From Entomortierella parvispora E1425 (lineage: Eukaryota; Fungi; Mortierellomycota), in contig BQFW01000001.1 of assembly GCA_020891255.1 (NCBI GenBank), forward strand, positions 124,001 to 188,000: a stretch of DNA of 64,000 nucleotides, written 5' to 3'. The notes beneath the pieces were generated by a model. That model was not told the origin of the DNA. It saw only the letters and a list, made by a program, of their open reading frames with translations, and did no database searches. The position numbers and the translations under genes are program-made. Of this stretch, positions 48,056-59,819 are shown piece by piece (within the stretch, counting starts at the first letter, position 1; each line of letters begins with the position of its first letter).

Positions 48056-51000
48056 ATGGCCGATCCATCTTCTAACAGTCGAGTCAAAAGGTCCAAGAAT
48101 CGGACTCCTCGCTCTTCCAAATCAAGTAGCACTTCGTCAACAGCAACTCTCCATCACAAATCCTCGGTGGATTCAGTGTATCAAGTCATGTACGGATTGG
48201 AAGGAGGCATGGCCACGATGGATACTTCTGGTGGAGGAATGGTCCAGGACAGGATTACCTCCTTCAATACAATACAACGACGACAGTCAGAGGCGAGTGA
48301 TCAGTCTAGCTTTGGATACGGAGGAAGTGAACTGGATGGTAATACTTTACAACTGAGGCGTCTTTCAGCTGTACACGCAGAGGATAGCGATTCTTTGGGT
48401 ATAGTGGCAAAGAACATCGCGTCAACATCGGCAACATCCAACAAGAACAGACCGAAGAAGCAAAGTTCGTCCAAGGATCAAAACGTGGTATGAACCATGA
48501 TGGCGCTCTCTTCATTTCATGACTTTCCTTCTCGGCCTTTTCGGATTTTAATTGTTCTCGATCCATACCATAGGACGAATCACAGAGTGGATTCGAGATG
48601 GACAAGTCCATCCAAAAGTCGACTATCATGATGAAAAGGCTCCGTTCAAAGTCAGAGAGCAAAAAGTCTGGTAGGTTTTCTTTCATATTTTCATATCTGC
48701 GCAGATAAAGATCGAAACAGTGTTGCTGACCTAATAATGAAACCACATGGCCTATTTCTAGAAAGCGAGTACAGCTCAGGGACGTTCGAGGGACAGGACT
48801 CTCAGGATCAGACTCCTGCTCATAAACGACTGCAGCAAAGGCATTGGGCAAGTATTTCCCTATCAATGGGCTATACATTTTCTGTTCGGCCTAGGCCTTG
48901 ACTGCTCATACCACTTTTCTTCATCTAATTTAAATCAGGCAACACCAAGAGATGACGAGCTCTCCTTTCGCCGCGATTCAACCTTTTTACCTCCAGTGGA
49001 TCCTCAGAGTACGCGAACAATTGTTGAACGTCTCTAACCTCCAGATCACCTTTCACAGTGCAGCCTATCTAACATTCACATTTACTTCACTTACTTCTCA
49101 GCGTACATGTACATGCAACTTCAACCTGCCAGGGAAGATGGAGGCTGCGTGCTCTGTCAACAAAACCATGATGATCCAGAAAATCAGATTGTGCTCTGTG
49201 ACAACTGCGACCGAGGTTTCCATCAACTCTGCTACATGCCTGCCATTGAAAGTCGCTTTGCAGAAATTCAAGATCTTGAATGGCTATGCTATTCATGTAC
49301 TCTCCCTCTGAGTGCAGGCAGCTCTCAAGAACTGTCAGCCATGACGGAGGACATGTCCTTGACTGGCCAGCAGGTTCCGCAGGAGGTTAAAGACAACTAT
49401 CTAAGGTCCATGTCCAAAGCTAATCTACTCAAACTTATTTCGAGAATTGAGACGACGGCGCCAAATATCAAACTGTATCCCTCTCGGCTATCTTCCCCGA
49501 CGGCATTGCACTCGGACGAGATGACATTCACGAGCGTGACTCCCGTCGATGTAGTCATGACTCCATCGCGACGAGAGAGCACCAGTCAGGACATGTATGA
49601 TGGACTAGGATGCCAACCATCTTCAGATATTCAGATGAGCTACTACGGTAGGTTGAATTTATTCAACATGCGCTTTTCGCTGATCGTTATGGCACGTCGT
49701 AACTCATGATTTTTTTCCCTTTTCATGATAAAAGACTCGCTCAACTCACCGTTCAAATCCAAGCCCGAGGATCCAGATATGAGCAGTGGTGCAATAATTG
49801 ACAGGTTGCTCACTAGCCAGGGGTCGACGGGACTAGACTCCACTGGGATTAACGAAGGCAGCAAGTCCAAATCGAAGTTTAAGTCTGGCCGTGCCCTTCC
49901 TACCACTCCGAAGGTCAGCCAACGCCAGCCTCAGAGCTTGGGGACTGGAGCATCCTCGGGAACAAACCAGAACAAGAGCCTAGACCTGCCACCGTACGAG
50001 GAAATGATCTACAGAGCCATCAGCGACTTGAAGCAGGAGGCGGGCAGCGCGCCCAAAGCGATCCTCGACTGGGTCCAAGCGTAAGTTAAGCTCGCGCTCA
50101 ATTAACTCTCTTTGATTGGATTATGACGTCAGCGATTGACTCTGACTCGGCATTCCCCCTATCCCCGCCAATGCTACAGCCACTACCCGGTCCCAGAGAC
50201 CTTTCGTGCGTCTTGTGGACAGGCCATCTCCAAGGCGGCCAAGAAGGGGCGTTTGCTCAAAGAGGCATCGTTGTACAAGCTCAAACCTGGTTACGACTAC
50301 CCTAGGGTAAGTTGTTACGATAGTTTTACTTGTTTACTCTTTTTTGTCTTTGCAGTGGAAACTAACCCCCGACTCACTCTTTCTCTCTCTCTTACCCTCG
50401 CCCTCATTCTCTCTCCTTCTCTTTATTCCTTGTTTATGAATGCCAATTTCACGTAGAGATCATCTCGGCAAGGAGGGCAGAGGGATCGATCCCATTCCTA
50501 TAACGGTATGCCAAGTCTTTCCATGACGGCACCCTCTGACGACCAGATCAACTCCATCATCGAAGCGAATCTCTTTGGCATGATACCAGGATCTGCCTTT
50601 CGTGCCCAACCCTCCGTGACTAACTTGCCGCCACTTTTCCCAGCAGACCCTGCTGCTGGACCAGGACCCTCAGAAATACAGGCCATCCATCCATTTTCGT
50701 TCGTTCCTTCAGTCGATGGAAAAGACCCTGCGGCAAGCGATTGCACCACAGAAGCTTCTGGAGCGACCTCATTAGACGTCTCTAACTCCACCAAGATATC
50801 CACAGAGCAGACAGTGACTGATCTGGCATTACCTTCAGGATCCATCCTGACATCAATGGGGGAAGGGGGAGGAGGAGCCGCAGCAGCAGCAGGAGAGGCA
50901 AACCAATCAACGTTTGTGGACAACCTTCAAACCTCAGTATCTTTGACAACAGGACCCCTCATGACCCAGCAGTTGATACCGCCAAACTTCTTGTACGGCC

Positions 51001-51653
51001 AATCGTGGTCCAACATTGGAGGCGCTAGTGACTCACAGTCTCCAGGAGGATTCATAAACATGAACATCGCGAGTTCCGGCGCTACAAGAGGCTTCCCAGG
51101 AACTATGGCACAACTACAGCGACCAGGGAACGTGTTTCCGCAAATGCAGATCTTGGGCTCAGCTAACTACGGCAACTTGGGATCTATAACAATACCCATG
51201 CAAACAGCTTCGCCTCCTCCTCCTCACACACGCATGGGGTTCAGCACCCAGGTTCCTATGGGTCAATCGCCTCCACATCCACCATTGGCCGGCAGAGGAA
51301 CGATGGATGGATCAGGTCTAGTAGGTTCACGAACAGGATCTGGTGTATATCACACCATGATGATACCCCAGACCTTGCCGTTTACACTGTCACAGCCACC
51401 CTTGAGGCATCCCACCTCGAATCAGTCTCAGCAAGATCCATCAGCACCTCGTCGGACCAGTTTTTCAACCCTGCCATCACGACAGCAGTATGGCTCTCTT
51501 TCACTCCCTGCTTCGCCTCAGGAAATCTCGGCGCCCTCGATGGTGCAACAGCCCTTTTTTCGACCGCAACCAGTTCGACAGATGAGTCAACTACAGTTAC
51601 AGGCCTCTCAACAGCAACAACAGCAGCAGCCACAACAACAACAACAACAACAA

Positions 51654-51692
<39 letters not shown>

Positions 51693-51751
51693 CAGCAACA
51701 ACAGCAACAACAGCAACAACAACAGCAACAACAACAGCAGCAACAACAGCG

Positions 51752-51787
<36 letters not shown>

Positions 51788-52268
51788 GCAGCAGCAGCAG
51801 CAAGTCGGGATGGACGCCAATGGAATCCACGGAGAAAATAGTACAAGTAATATTAGCGGGAACAGCAACAATTCGTTTAATCCGATTAGTCAGTTTGGCG
51901 GAAGCGATGGATCTACCTCTGGATCGTCCATGTTATACCAACAACCTCCGTTTCATCAACAGCAACAGCAGCAACATCAACTAAAGTTACATCATCTACA
52001 GCAACAACATCACCAGCAGCAACAGCACCAACATCAACAGATGCAGCAGCAGATACAACGACTCCAGCTTCAAACTGCAGCGGCACAACAGCAACATCAA
52101 CAGCAACATCAACAGCAGCTCCATCACGAGCAACTGAAAATGCAGCAGCAGCATCACCTCCACAACAATCACCAGCTGTACCATGAGCAGCCAACGGGTG
52201 ATACTGCGGAGGGTCCAAATCAGAGCACATCCACCGAAAAAGAGGTACTATCGCTGCAACAGAACTAG
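48056..52268 (+). CDS. Multi-exon nuclear protein: PHD finger + linker-histone H1/H15-like winged helix + long polyQ tail
   Basis: PHD CVLCQQNHDDPENQIVLCDNCDRGFHQLC...WLCYSC (49147-49300). H15-like PPYEEMIYRAISDLKQEAGSAPKAILDWVQA|HYPVPETFRASCGQAISKAAKKGRLLKEASLYKL (49988-50290). The terminal exon is Q-rich. Internal exon borders are approximate. Confidence 0.72.
51608..52190 (+). repeat. CAA/CAG polyglutamine-encoding tracts
   Basis: Mixed CAA/CAG runs at 51608-51801 and 51955-52190 within ORF 50508..52268. Confidence 0.9.
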
Positions 52269-52479
52269 CTAGATTTTTTTCTTCTCATTTTTATCTTTTT
52301 ATTTTTTGAACCCAAGTGGAGGACTTTCTTTCGTTTGTCCTTCAAATGTTTGCATATAAAACAAAACAAACATACCCGATTGTTTTTCTCGTCAAAACGA
52401 AGGAGAAAAAGAAATATAAAATAAAAAAAGACATCTCACTCCAATTGTCTCATCATTGGCCTGCCGCTCTGCTAGGGTG

Positions 52480-55400
52480 CTAAACAGCCCAGCAAATGGT
52501 TCTTTCAGAACAACCCAAGGCCAGCGGACCAAACCGTTTTTCAGCTCCCGAGATTTCATATTGGGTGACAAAGTCCACTCCTGGCGCCTTGTCCAGCGGC
52601 TGTTGACGCCAGCTCTCCTGCTCGTCATCCTCTCTCTCGGCTGCTGTATCGATCACAGCCAAGCCCTTGAGGGCAATTCGAGTAGACCCTTGGTTTGAGG
52701 AATCTGCGCATGGCATCAAGTTCAAAAGAGATCCAAAGTCGTCAGGGATAAAAGCGGAACCCCAAAGCAATTAGATATTCCAAAGTCGAAAAGTCCAGTG
52801 CACGGATCAGTCGGGCCCAACCATCCTCCTCTTCAAACTTGAAATCGATGAATTCCAGTTGAACCAAAGAAGCAATGTCCCTTGATTGAACTGCAGTAGA
52901 AGAAGAGGTCGACGACAATGACGGAGACCCTGCGGGCATGGAGATCAGGTTCAGAAGCAACGAGATGTCGTAAAACATGCCTCTTGCATCTGCCATACAG
53001 AGACTCAAATGAGTCATTCGCGGGAGTAAGCTCCTATCCAATTTGCACCGCAAGTTCCGCAGCCAAGACAAGTCTGGGGACATGACTACTTCAGTTGCAA
53101 AAGGACCGAGTCGAGTCAATACACCCTGGGTGAGCTCATGATTGGACTCACTGCTGAACTCGATTTTGAGAACCATCAGTCTACGAGACTCCTGGATGAT
53201 ACTCCTCAGTGAATCCAGAAGGGACAGAGTTATCGCGCTTGGTTCGGATGAAGACCGACATCAGCAAGGACTGTCCCTGACGTTCCTCAATGGCAGACAA
53301 GATATAGAGGAATATTCCCGGAAATAGATGCCTCTTATCCATAACTGCCAAGGAATCCAGATGATGCCCCTTGAGCTGCATGAATAGCTTCCGCTGTTCT
53401 CCTTTGACTACCTCCCTAAAGTCATGTTGGTACTCTTGAAGAATGATTGACTTCAACTGAGTAGTGGGAGTGATTGCGCCATCGCTGTCGAATTTGAGAG
53501 TCGCCTGTGCCTCGTCGACGAAATCCTCCAGCAAGAGGCGTCGAAAAGCCGTGCCGTTGCCGCTCCCATCATGGACCAAATCGTGCTGTAGTTGAATTAC
53601 AGCTTGCTCTAAAGAGGACAAAGATTTCCAACCTGGAGAGACCAGGTTCAGGTCTCTTAGGCTCCGGCCCTCCTTGATGGTAACTCTTAATAGGATCAAG
53701 AGGTCTTCATCGCAGTGGGTTAAAAAACCTAGACGCAAGCTCTGAAGAGTGCTGCAACACTACAAGATTCGAGAGAGAGTGATTTCCGAAGAATGCTTTC
53801 TGATCATCTCAATATCTAAGCTCAAATGACGGAGATGCAGAGCCGATTCTGGAATTGCAGAGAGATCCACTCTGCTGAAGATAGAGGGAGAGGATCCAAA
53901 TGTTGCTGAGCGAAGACGACTTTTGGCGAGTAGCTGGATCAAAGGGGTGTGGCGCCGCTTGCCATTCAAGATCTCTGCAGTTGGATTTTCAGCAGAACAA
54001 TAAAGTTTCAGAGAGATTACCGCCGACTTGTCGATGGTGGATGAGAGCGTCCTGAAATCTTCCGTAGTACACTCCCAGGTCGAGGTGACATCCAAGTCAT
54101 GAACGCCTCGAGCATTCTCCAAAGCTGAGTAGAACGTCTTTGTCTGAGTCATGCTCTTTGAATTCGCGGTAGTTTTTTTTTTGTGGCCCCCCGTGCTAGA
54201 GCCATGTAAAACGAAACGCATTTTCTTAACCAAATAATGACGTCGACTTTGCTCTGGTCAGCTGACGTCATGTAAACTGGCCCCGTGCTAGAGCCATGTA
54301 AAAGAAAACGCCGTTACTTAACGTGTACTTAACGTGTACTTAACGTGTACTTAACGTGTACTTAACGTGTACTTAACGTCGCCTCGGTTTTGTTGAGTGA
54401 CGTCGACTTTGAGAGAAATGGCGGTCCCTTGGAAGAGGAAACGGTCGCAGTGGTGGTAACACTGCTCTTGATGCTGCCGGCCTGTGCCCCTGCATGTGGG
54501 CAGGGTAAAGACTTTTTGTTGGCAGGCAGTGAAGAGGTCAATGCTGGAATGGAGGCGAAGGACGTCAACAGCGGAAGTGGTCCAAACAAACCCATTTGAC
54601 GTGTCCCTGGCTCGTCACCATCTTGTAGAGATTGCCCAGAGCTCCAGTTTTATCTGAGTCGTTCAAGAAATGTCGTAGCTGTCGAAGCTCAGCTCCTTCC
54701 ATCGTCTCGACCCGGCTCAAGGGCTCCTGTGGCGACTTATTTTCGTTGAAGATGGCACCCCGTCCCTGTTTCATCTGATCCTCAATAAAAGATATGGAGA
54801 TATCAACCATCCCTCCAAGCGTCTCTTTAGTGAACTCTGAGTTGATCACCGATATTGCTGAGGCCTTCTGCAATATTGAATTGTGCCAGCGAAGGAACGA
54901 CGATCCCGGCGGTGGCTACTCCGAATTTGACCATATTCAGCATAGCCAGGACGTATGGGTCGTACTTTTTGAAGAAGAGCTTGGGGTGGTTAATATCGTA
55001 TCCTGTATGCTTTGCAAGGTGTGCTTCGTCAGGGACCTTTGCTATACCGCATCGTATGTGTACCGCACTCACAAAGGAAGTAGAGTCGGAATTGCCTCGA
55101 AAACCACCGTTGAGCGGTATCACGACGTCGAATATCCTTTGGCAGGACGATAAATAATCTTGGGATCGGATACTCGTGCAACTCAAAGTTCTGAGTCAAG
55201 ACGGTTTCCAGACGAGTATTGATTCTGTCGCACATCTGCTCTTGCACGGTCGCCATCGCTTCCTGAATCTCTAGAACCTGTGCTGTCAAGGCTCCCTTCC
55301 TTTCCATTTTTGTCATTCCGGCCATCATCATGTCCTTGACATCGTGTGCCAGCTGCGCATGGTTGTCCGCCACAGTTTGTGTAAGGAGTGAGAGGATCTC

Positions 55401-56036
55401 CACAACCTCAGCCTTCACCAGGTCTTTGATGCGATCCTCCTGAGAATCAAGAACTGCTCATGTAGGAGTCACAAGTTCGAGGCAAACTCTGGAGGGATGA
55501 CGATATGGAGCCCGACGAAAAAGAATGACGGTGGGACAGATGCAATAGGCGAGGGGACTTGGCCCAAGAGAAGTAGTACGGTCTTTCGAAGTGCAGCGGT
55601 GATGGTGACCGAGAAGGGGGGCTGTTTGCTGCTGGGGCGATGTCGTCGTGAAACACGAGGTCCAGGATCGTGCCCTCTCGGTACAAAATTCGAAGGGGTT
55701 GCAGCCTAAAGACGCAAAAAAGCAAAACATAAGTATAAACATAGCCCAACTCTTCCTTCACAGAAAATGGTCGAGATTACATGGCTCTTTTTCGCTTACT
55801 GTGCATGGTCCTCGCCATGGAGAAATGACTCTAGCACCGTGCCGTTCATGGCGCATTTGGCCCTGGGCCAAATGGCAAGCACATCAGACCAACGAATGAC
55901 CAGTTTTTGAAGACTATGGTCCATCACAGCTCGGATGCCCCATCACAGCTCGGATGCCACGTTGCTGAGGTGGAGAGGACGAGCAGGCTGACTGGGCGCG
56001 AAAGGTCTGGATGAATTGCGTCTCCTCTAGAGTCAT
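52480..56036 (-). pseudogene. Disabled lineage-typical LRR/NLR-like gene
   Basis: Family motifs QTFR...VIRWSDV, ELHEYPIPRLFIVLP, FRLYFLCECGTH, HLAKHTGYDI, GHVKWVCLDH and ARGVHDLDV are spread over 7+ ORFs. Lesions: 19-bp tandem duplication at 55921-55958 (frameshift), further frameshifts, in-frame TAG at 53760-62 and a 398-bp insertion. Confidence 0.8.
54173..54570 (-). mobile_element. 398-bp polyA-tailed retroposon-like insertion with imperfect 7-bp TSD
   Basis: On the minus strand the host reads GHVKWVCLD-H|insert|YRE. Flanks CTTCCGC (54577-54571) and CTACCGC (54172-54166); A10 tail (T10 at 54173-54182). Internal dimer of GGCCCC(CC)GTGCTAGAGCCATGTAAAA / TGACGTCGACTTTG and an 11-bp array (ACTTAACGTGT x ~6, 54316-54378). 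Confidence 0.65.
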
Positions 56037-56707
56037 GGTGGGGAATGGGGAACGAAGAAGAGATCAAAGGTGCAAGGCAATGGCAAAGGCGATCCGTGTT
56101 TGTGATCACAGGAAAGGCCTTACGCGCTGGCCCGCAGTCAGCAGGTCATTGCAGGGTGGTTGCGTGCAAAAGGGAAAGGGCATGACAAACTGAAGAAGGA
56201 TGAGGGATTGGAGTCAAGAGTTATGGTGGGTGGGTGGATGGATGGTTGATGGAAAAGCAATCGCGTTTGTTCCCGTTCCTGGATTTTTTCTTTTCTTTTT
56301 GTTTGCTCCGCTGCAACTGAGACAGCGTGGATCTCTTGCCCATGCACCACCTCGCCTTCTCCTCCTCCTTCCTTTCTTCTTTCGTTCACTCTTCCGTTCC
56401 CTCTTTCTTTACGTCTTTTCGCTCCCACCTTCGTTCTTTACTTCCTTCCTTCCTTCCTACCTTCCTTTCTTCTTTCCTACCCTCCTTCCTTCAGTCCTCC
56501 ATTATTGCATTCTCCACAGAGACTCAACCCCAGTCGCCACCAAGTGAAAAAAGTTGGTGGCGCGTGTGTGACTGCTGAATTTTTGCCGCATTTGCCACCA
56601 GCGAGCCAGCCTCAAAAACGCGCTTGCCATTGCATGGCTCATGCTCATTCAGTTCCTTTGACATCTTCCAGTCTCATTGCCTTCATTTGCCTTCTGAACG
56701 CATAAAG

Positions 56708-59358
56708 ATGTCACCCTACAACCTTCGCAAGAGTACCCTCGATAGACGGGATGCCCGAAGGTAAACAACACACACACTCTCTCTGCTCTGCCTTGTTTTT
56801 GTTTTTTTTTGTTCGCGTCTATTTCCCCCTGCAAAGGGGTGAGTGATGTTGCACATAGACTGCGGTGCTCATACCATCCTCTTTTGGGCTCTCTCTGTAT
56901 CCTTTAGCGCGGTCGCACCATACGCTGTGCCCAGCAGCCGCCGCCGCCGATCCCTTTCCTCGGAGGGAACTGTTGCCGCTGTCTGCCCTTGGTACAAAAA
57001 CATCCATGACAAAGCTTTGCAAAAGACTCCATTTTTGACCTCGCAACTTTTTTGTTTGGTTTCTGGTCGCTCATCTTTTTGGAACGATATGTCTGTATTC
57101 TTTTTTTTCTCTTTTAAATAGTAACGGAGCAGGAGTCGAGAGAGGTGTTGAGTCTCCTCCTCGCCGTCCGTCCCGCCAGGTGCCCAAGAAGCGTGCCAAG
57201 GAGACCCTTGCCCCTGTAGATGCGTCTCGACAGGCGTCGTGCCAGTAAGTGAAGCGGACAATACCAACATGCAAGCGCAGTATGAGATGTTTCTTCTCTG
57301 TCTTTTGGTATCAAACATAAATATTGATGCGCCTCTTTGTTTATTCTCTATGTTCCAGCGTGGACGTAAGCGCCACCGCCGACGGCCTCTTGCAGGTGGA
57401 CGGAAGAGCCCCTGTCGAAGACATGTTCAAGGAGGATGGAAGTGCCTCCGATGCTGCCAGGGACGGAAGTGCCCAATCTGGAGTTGTGAGCAACTCGGCA
57501 GCATTCCGGCGGAAGCGGGTCAGTGAGGACGATGTCGCTTTCGCACATCGCGCCTCGAAGAAGAGACGTCAGGAGGAAGTTGCGGCTCCAAAGAAACCTG
57601 TCTTTGTGATTCGCTTTCCAAGGTCCCTTCTTCCTCCTGTGCCTGAGGGAACAACAGCAACAGAACAAGAGTCGTGCCGGTAAGTGAAGTAGTTGTTTTG
57701 ATGGATGGCCTGAATATTTGCCCCTTATTGTCCATACACTATCGTAGCATCTACTCACTTCTAATATTTTTGCCTTACTAGTGTGGACGCAAGCGCCACC
57801 GCCGACTGTTTGTCTGGGGAGGACAGAAGTGCCTCCGATGCTGCGTGCGACTCGCCAGCATCCCGTGGAAAGCGACCCTTGGAGGAAGATGTCGGTGGCT
57901 CGCATCACGCCTACAAGCGGTCTCGCTCCGAGAGAGAAGTCGTGGTCCCTAGAAAGCCGATCGTTTTACGAATCCGGATTCCAAAGGCCCTTCGTCTCCC
58001 TGCCCCGCAGACAACCCCACGCTCAGCACTGAAGGCAGTGCACATTCCCGAAGGTCTGGTCCCAGGTATTGCCACTTGTTGTTACTTAGTGTGCTCTTGC
58101 CACATATTACACTGCCTCTTGTGACAATGGTAACTAATACTAATGTCGTATTTCTCTTGAAACTCATCTAGAACCGACCAACAAGCCGTCCATCGAGATG
58201 AGGCTCTACCGAGCGAAGGCTTACAAGGCAGGCTTGGTGGCTCTGCCTATTGGCGAGCCATTCGACGCCTCGCTAAATCTGGGCAACGTTTTCGCGAGGT
58301 TAGTGTCTTCTCATCCATCATACTCACCAGCTGTTGCATATTCTGTTTCCCAAAGCTGGCATACTAACATATTACTTGTATCTTTTACCAAAAAACAGCC
58401 CTGCGATCGAGAGTGGAGAGAGCTCGGACGCAGCACTCTATGTCTTTGTCCATGATCTGTAAGTACTAATCTCAGAAATAGGAACGTGCTCAAACGTTGA
58501 AATCTCTGACCATGATAATATATTTCTTTCTGTTTTAGTCCCAGAGGTTCGGAGATCGTCATGTTGAAGTACATGAGCAAGATCTTGAGAAGTGGAAGCG
58601 GCCTTGTAGACGTGGCTGTCCCCACTCAGCCAACAGCCGGTGCGGAGAGGTCTCGAGCTCTTCGGACCATCACCACGCAGTTGCTGTACGCGTGGGACAC
58701 CTACGTAGCTCGCGCTGGACGGAGAGTGGTATTGCTTGGCTCAGGACTCGGGAGCTTTGCCATGAAGTCGCTCATGGAAAGCCGCCAAGAGGATATGAAG
58801 CGTGTGGTTGCATGTGCCATTTCCCTTCATGGAGACATAAAAGCTTTGCCTTCTGTGGGTTCCGAGTTTGTGAACTGGTATCATGAGAACACCTCGGTCC
58901 TGGTTCCTGAGTTGCATCCGGCTATAACCAACAGGAAGGAATGCCGTGGAAATGTCATGGCAGCCCGTAAGTATCTTTGAATCGGGTTAACTTTGTTGGC
59001 TTTGTTGGCTCTACTCACTTTTCAGGTTGGACTAATATACGACGCTTTTTATTTAGTCCTTCTACAGCCAAATGTCAAGGGTGTGGACATGCTGAGAAAG
59101 GTCCGTCGCCGTGTGTTCAGGATGGTTAAGCCGAAGTTGAAAGGGTTCCCTGCACCCACTCGAGCCATGAACAACGGTCATGAGATAGAGAGGCTTGACA
59201 GTCAAAAGGACTCTGTTCGCTGGCTGGAGCCCCTGGTCACAGGTGACGATGGAGGACCAGCCTTCGACCCTTTTGACTACGAGAGGATTGCCAGAAGAAT
59301 GGAGCAACTCCACTGGGCCAGGACCAATCCGCCGTCTTTGAGTGCGCCCAAGTCGTAA
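56708..59358 (+). CDS. Multi-exon protein with tandemly duplicated basic exons and a C-terminal Hda1/Clr3-type Arb2 domain, no deacetylase domain
   Basis: Spliced RLYRAKAYKAGLVALPI...LYVFVHDL|PRG...LLYAWDTYVARAGRRVVLLGSGLG...FVNWYHENTSVLVPELHP resembles the class II HDAC C-terminal Arb2 domain. N-terminal exon structure is tentative. Confidence 0.55.
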
Positions 59359-59713
59359 CCGCCAGTAATCTTCCTTGTGAGTCTGTTCGTGAGCCTATGT
59401 TGACTGGGATCAAGTTCAAATGACTCCATGGTCCCCGTCTGTCATGTTCAATGTGAGCCGATCATCAGACCGTAAAGACCGCCGTCACTTTGGATACGAA
59501 TCTTGACCCAAAAGAAGTGGAACGCTGCTTTTGACGAGGACAAGAAGCTCTACGTTGTCTAAGCTGTTGTACGGCCAGAAGCATTCCACCGTCGCCCAGC
59601 TCGTCCAGAACCCTGAGAAGAACGATCCCATGAAGTTCTCCATCGTCGTTGCCGCCACTGCCTCCGAGGCCGCCACCCTTCAGTATCTCGCTCCTTTCTC
59701 TGGATGTGCTGTC
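59343..59713 (+). pseudogene. ATP1: Internal fragment of mitochondrial F1 ATP synthase alpha subunit gene
   Basis: With frameshifts it reads AQV..LP.ESVREPMLTGIK..DSMVPV..VQ.EPII..QTVKTAVTLDT.L.QKKWN..DEDKKLY...[45 protein letters not shown]. Walker A is corrupted. Confidence 0.9.
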
Positions 59714-59819
59714 TTGAGGGTCAATTGATACAAGGCTACTGACTACTAGCATCGCGAAGAATACAAGGAGCAGGCTCTTCTGACCTGTTCTGCTGACATC
59801 GATACGCGGGAGCTCAGCA

